62,451 bases of DNA from assembly GCA_022562175.1 (NCBI GenBank), contig JADFPU010000001.1, positions 1 through 62,451 of the forward strand, given 5' to 3'. The notes beneath the pieces were generated by a model that did no database searches, had not been told where the DNA came from, and worked only from the letters and a program-made list of their open reading frames with translations. Shown piece by piece: positions 60,338 through 62,451 of this stretch. Origin of the DNA: Pseudomonadota bacterium. Lineage in GTDB: Bacteria > Pseudomonadota > Gammaproteobacteria > Eutrophobiales > Eutrophobiaceae. The position numbers and the translations under genes are program-made. The stretch's first letter is position 1. Every line of letters begins with the position of its first letter.

Positions 60338-62451
60338 ATGAAACGTATCAAAACGAATCGACGCGACTTTATCAAGGGTGGCGCATTCATCACTGGCTCA
60401 GCGGCTGGCGCGAGTCTGATGGTGGCAAGTAATCCGGAACTGGAAGCGGCGCCTGCTTCGGCTGGCTCAACTACCCGTACCACTGCACTGGCCCAATGCC
60501 CCTACTGTGGCGTGGGTTGCGGCACGGTTATCCAGGTAGAGAACGGCAAGATCGTCTCCATGCGTCCGGACAAGGAGCACCCGACCAATTATGGCCTGAT
60601 GTGTATTAAAGGCCTGACTGCGGCTGAACCCATCTACGTCGATCGTATGGAAGGTGACAGCTATGTACGCAAGGACGTCTGGGCGGAATGGAGCAAACCG
60701 GGACATGGTGATCTGTCGTATGTGTCCAGCACCAAGGGTTCATTCGATGAAAAGCACTTTGTGCGCGTGCCCTATGAGAAGGCTTCTGAGTTTGTGGCAC
60801 ATAAGATCGTCCACTTTGCGAAAAAGTACGGTGGCAATTCCATTGCTCTATACGGTTCGGGTCAGCTCACCATGGAGGGCCAATACCTGGAAAACCTGTT
60901 CATGAAAGGTGTGTTGGGATCCAATACCATTGAAGCCAATGCCCGCATGTGCATGACTTCAGCGGTTACCGGTTATTTCGCTACCCTGGGTTCTGATACG
61001 CCACCTTTGGCTTACGAGGATATCGAACTCAGCGATATGATCATGCATTTTGGTCACAACGCCCGTGAGTCTCATCCCATCATCTTCTGGCGTTGTGCTG
61101 ATCACAAAAAGAAAACGGATATCCCCACTGTTGTGATTGATCCGCGCTACACCGGCACGAGTAAAGGTTATGAAGACATTAACTCTAACAACCAGGTGCA
61201 TGTACCTATCCTGAATGGTGATATCAGTTTCCTCAATGCTCTTGCCCATGTGCTGCTCAAGGAGCACGATGATGTCATCGATTGGGACTTTGTCAAACAG
61301 CACACCACCGGTTGGGAGGAATATACTGAAGCCGTATTGAAAGATTACAGCCCGGAACAAGTACAGGATCGTATGGGCGGGCCGAACCATGATGTCTCGC
61401 CTGCATTGATCCGGCGCGTCGCAGGGATGTTTGCCGATGCGACCCGCAAACGTCTGGCACGTGGCAAGGGTGGCCAGGGTGGTGTCATTATTATGTGGGG
61501 CATTGGTTATAACCAGCACATCCATGGTCAGCACAATGTTATTTCTATTATTAATCTATTAACTCTCACTGGTAACCTGGCCAAGCCTGGTTGTGGGCCG
61601 TTCTCAATGACCGGTCAACCCAATGCGATGGGTGAACGTTTTACTGGCGGCCTGACGGATCGCTTGCCGTTTAACATGCCCCTCACAGATGCCTCACATC
61701 GGGCCAAGATGGCCAAGGCATGGAATGTTCCGGAAGAAAACCTGATCAAGGCCATGAACTCCCCGAATCCCGGTTTTGCCATCGGCATGATGGAGCGTGC
61801 CCTGAAAGGTGAGGTCAAGGCTATGTTCCTGGTCTACGCCACTCACATTGACTTGCCGGATCTGGATAATCTGGTGCGTCCGGCATTATCCATGACCTTC
61901 AACGTGGTGCAGGAAATTTATCGTCATGCGCCGAATAATTTGTATGCGGATGTTATTTTCCCGGCAGCGACCTGGGGTGAGGTCTCTGGTGTGTATATCA
62001 GTTCCGAGCGGCGCATCAATATCTGTGAAAAGGCGGCCGATCCACCTCCGGGATGCCACTCTGATATGGATATGGTGGCCGATAAGGGTAAAAAGATCGC
62101 TGACCTGCTGGGTCTGGATGGTAACAAGATCTTTCCGTGGAGAAAAAATGCGGATGGTTCTATTAATACCGAAGAAGTCTTTCGGGATATCATTCGTGCA
62201 TCCAAAGGCACAGATACCGATCTGACAGGTATCCTTGAGGTCGAGAAAAAAGATGGCCTCAGTCCTTATGAGCAATTAAAGAAATTGCGCGGTATCCAAT
62301 GGCCGGCGCCGACATACACCATTGCCAAACAGGGCGGTGCAAAACGACGTTTTATGGCACAGGAAGGTCAGTGGGAGAACCGGCCCTATGGCTACTTCCG
62401 CACCAATGATGGCAAGGTGCATTTCAAACTCTGTAAACAGGATTACAGTAA
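60338..62451 (+). CDS. Tat-exported molybdopterin oxidoreductase, nitrate-reductase (NasA/NapA)-like catalytic subunit, 3' end outside window
   Basis: The frame is open from the ATG at 60338 to the window end (704 codons) and is absent from the ORF track because there is no stop. It carries the twin-arginine signal NRRDFIKG, the 4Fe-4S motif CPYCGVGCG and the Mo-ligand Cys context NARMCMTSAV. Confidence 0.85.
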   Translation, partial: MKRIKTNRRDFIKGGAFITGSAAGASLMVASNPELEAAPASAGSTTRTTALAQCPYCGVGCGTVIQVENGKIVSMRPDKEHPTNYGLMCIKGLTAAEPIYVDRMEGDSYVRKDVWAEWSKPGHGDLSYVSSTKGSFDEKHFVRVPYEKASEFVAHKIVHFAKKYGGNSIALYGSGQLTMEGQYLENLFMKGVLGSNTIEANARMCMTSAVTGYFATLGSDTPPLAYEDIELSDMIMHFGHNARESHPIIFWRCADHKKKTDIPTVVIDPRYTGTSKGYEDINSNNQVHVPILNGDISFLNALAHVLLKEHDDVIDWDFVKQHTTGWEEYTEAVLKDYSPEQVQDRMGGPNHDVSPALIRRVAGMFADATRKRLARGKGGQGGVIIMWGIGYNQHIHGQHNVISIINLLTLTGNLAKPGCGPFSMTGQPNAMGERFTGGLTDRLPFNMPLTDASHRAKMAKAWNVPEENLIKAMNSPNPGFAIGMMERALKGEVKAMFLVYATHIDLPDLDNLVRPALSMTFNVVQEIYRHAPNNLYADVIFPAATWGEVSGVYISSERRINICEKAADPPPGCHSDMDMVADKGKKIADLLGLDGNKIFPWRKNADGSINTEEVFRDIIRASKGTDTDLTGILEVEKKDGLSPYEQLKKLRGIQWPAPTYTIAKQGGAKRRFMAQEGQWENRPYGYFRTNDGKVHFKLCKQDYS

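Noticed and set aside
60959-62275. Long minus-strand ORFs in the track (60959..61534, 191 aa; 61886..62275, 129 aa) and plus-strand off-frame ORFs in this region.
   Set aside because: They lie antisense or out of frame to an uninterrupted 704-codon molybdoenzyme frame with clear motifs, and their translations are low-complexity with no recognisable domains. Similar shadow ORFs inside nfeD (17573..18082, 17784..18239), acnB (30270..30725) and the NTase gene (50748..51275) are rejected for the same reason.

Overview
This is a densely coding 62.5-kb chromosomal window that looks gammaproteobacterial from gene content and order; taxonomy cannot be verified here. Most of it is core housekeeping in conserved arrangements. 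On the plus strand: hisC(partial)-tyrA-aroA-cmk-rpsA-ihfB, lapA-lapB-pyrF, mfd-csiV-like, nfeD-SPFH, glyA, and nrdR-ribD-ribE-ribB(X)-ribH-nusB-thiL. On the minus strand: cyaA, a DUF815 ATPase, an MTA/MTI phosphorylase, a DsrE-like lipoprotein, class I fumarase, acnB, mnmA and yhdP-rng. An orphan receiver-domain gene sits on the plus strand between the fumarase and acnB. The second half is more accessory. (i) A minus-strand operon couples hopanoid side-chain genes (radical-SAM HpnH, GT2) to MlaC-like and MlaA-like lipid-trafficking genes, divergent from dxs. (ii) A 2-aminoethylphosphonate cluster encodes a PepM fused to a divergent nucleotidyltransferase domain, Ppd, an AEP transaminase and a second nucleotidyltransferase. 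(iii) Two paralogous soluble Hanks-type Ser/Thr kinases each carry a C-terminal cyclic-nucleotide-binding domain; they bracket pgi and a CBS-pair gene. (iv) A TonB-dependent receptor is divergent from a di-haem cytochrome c gene followed by a Tat-signal, NasA/NapA-like molybdoenzyme gene that runs off the window end. That last operon is preceded by a perfect FNR-type palindrome. Two families of miniature inverted-repeat elements, one nested in the other, occupy intergenic regions at six loci and show target-site duplications. Two long gene-free gaps (26777-27443 and 39755-40366) remain unexplained. I found no rRNA, tRNA, CRISPR array, transposase or prophage genes by eye. The strongest candidate for an undescribed system is the pair of cNMP-gated kinases. 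All calls rest on reading the translations and the DNA; no database search was run.
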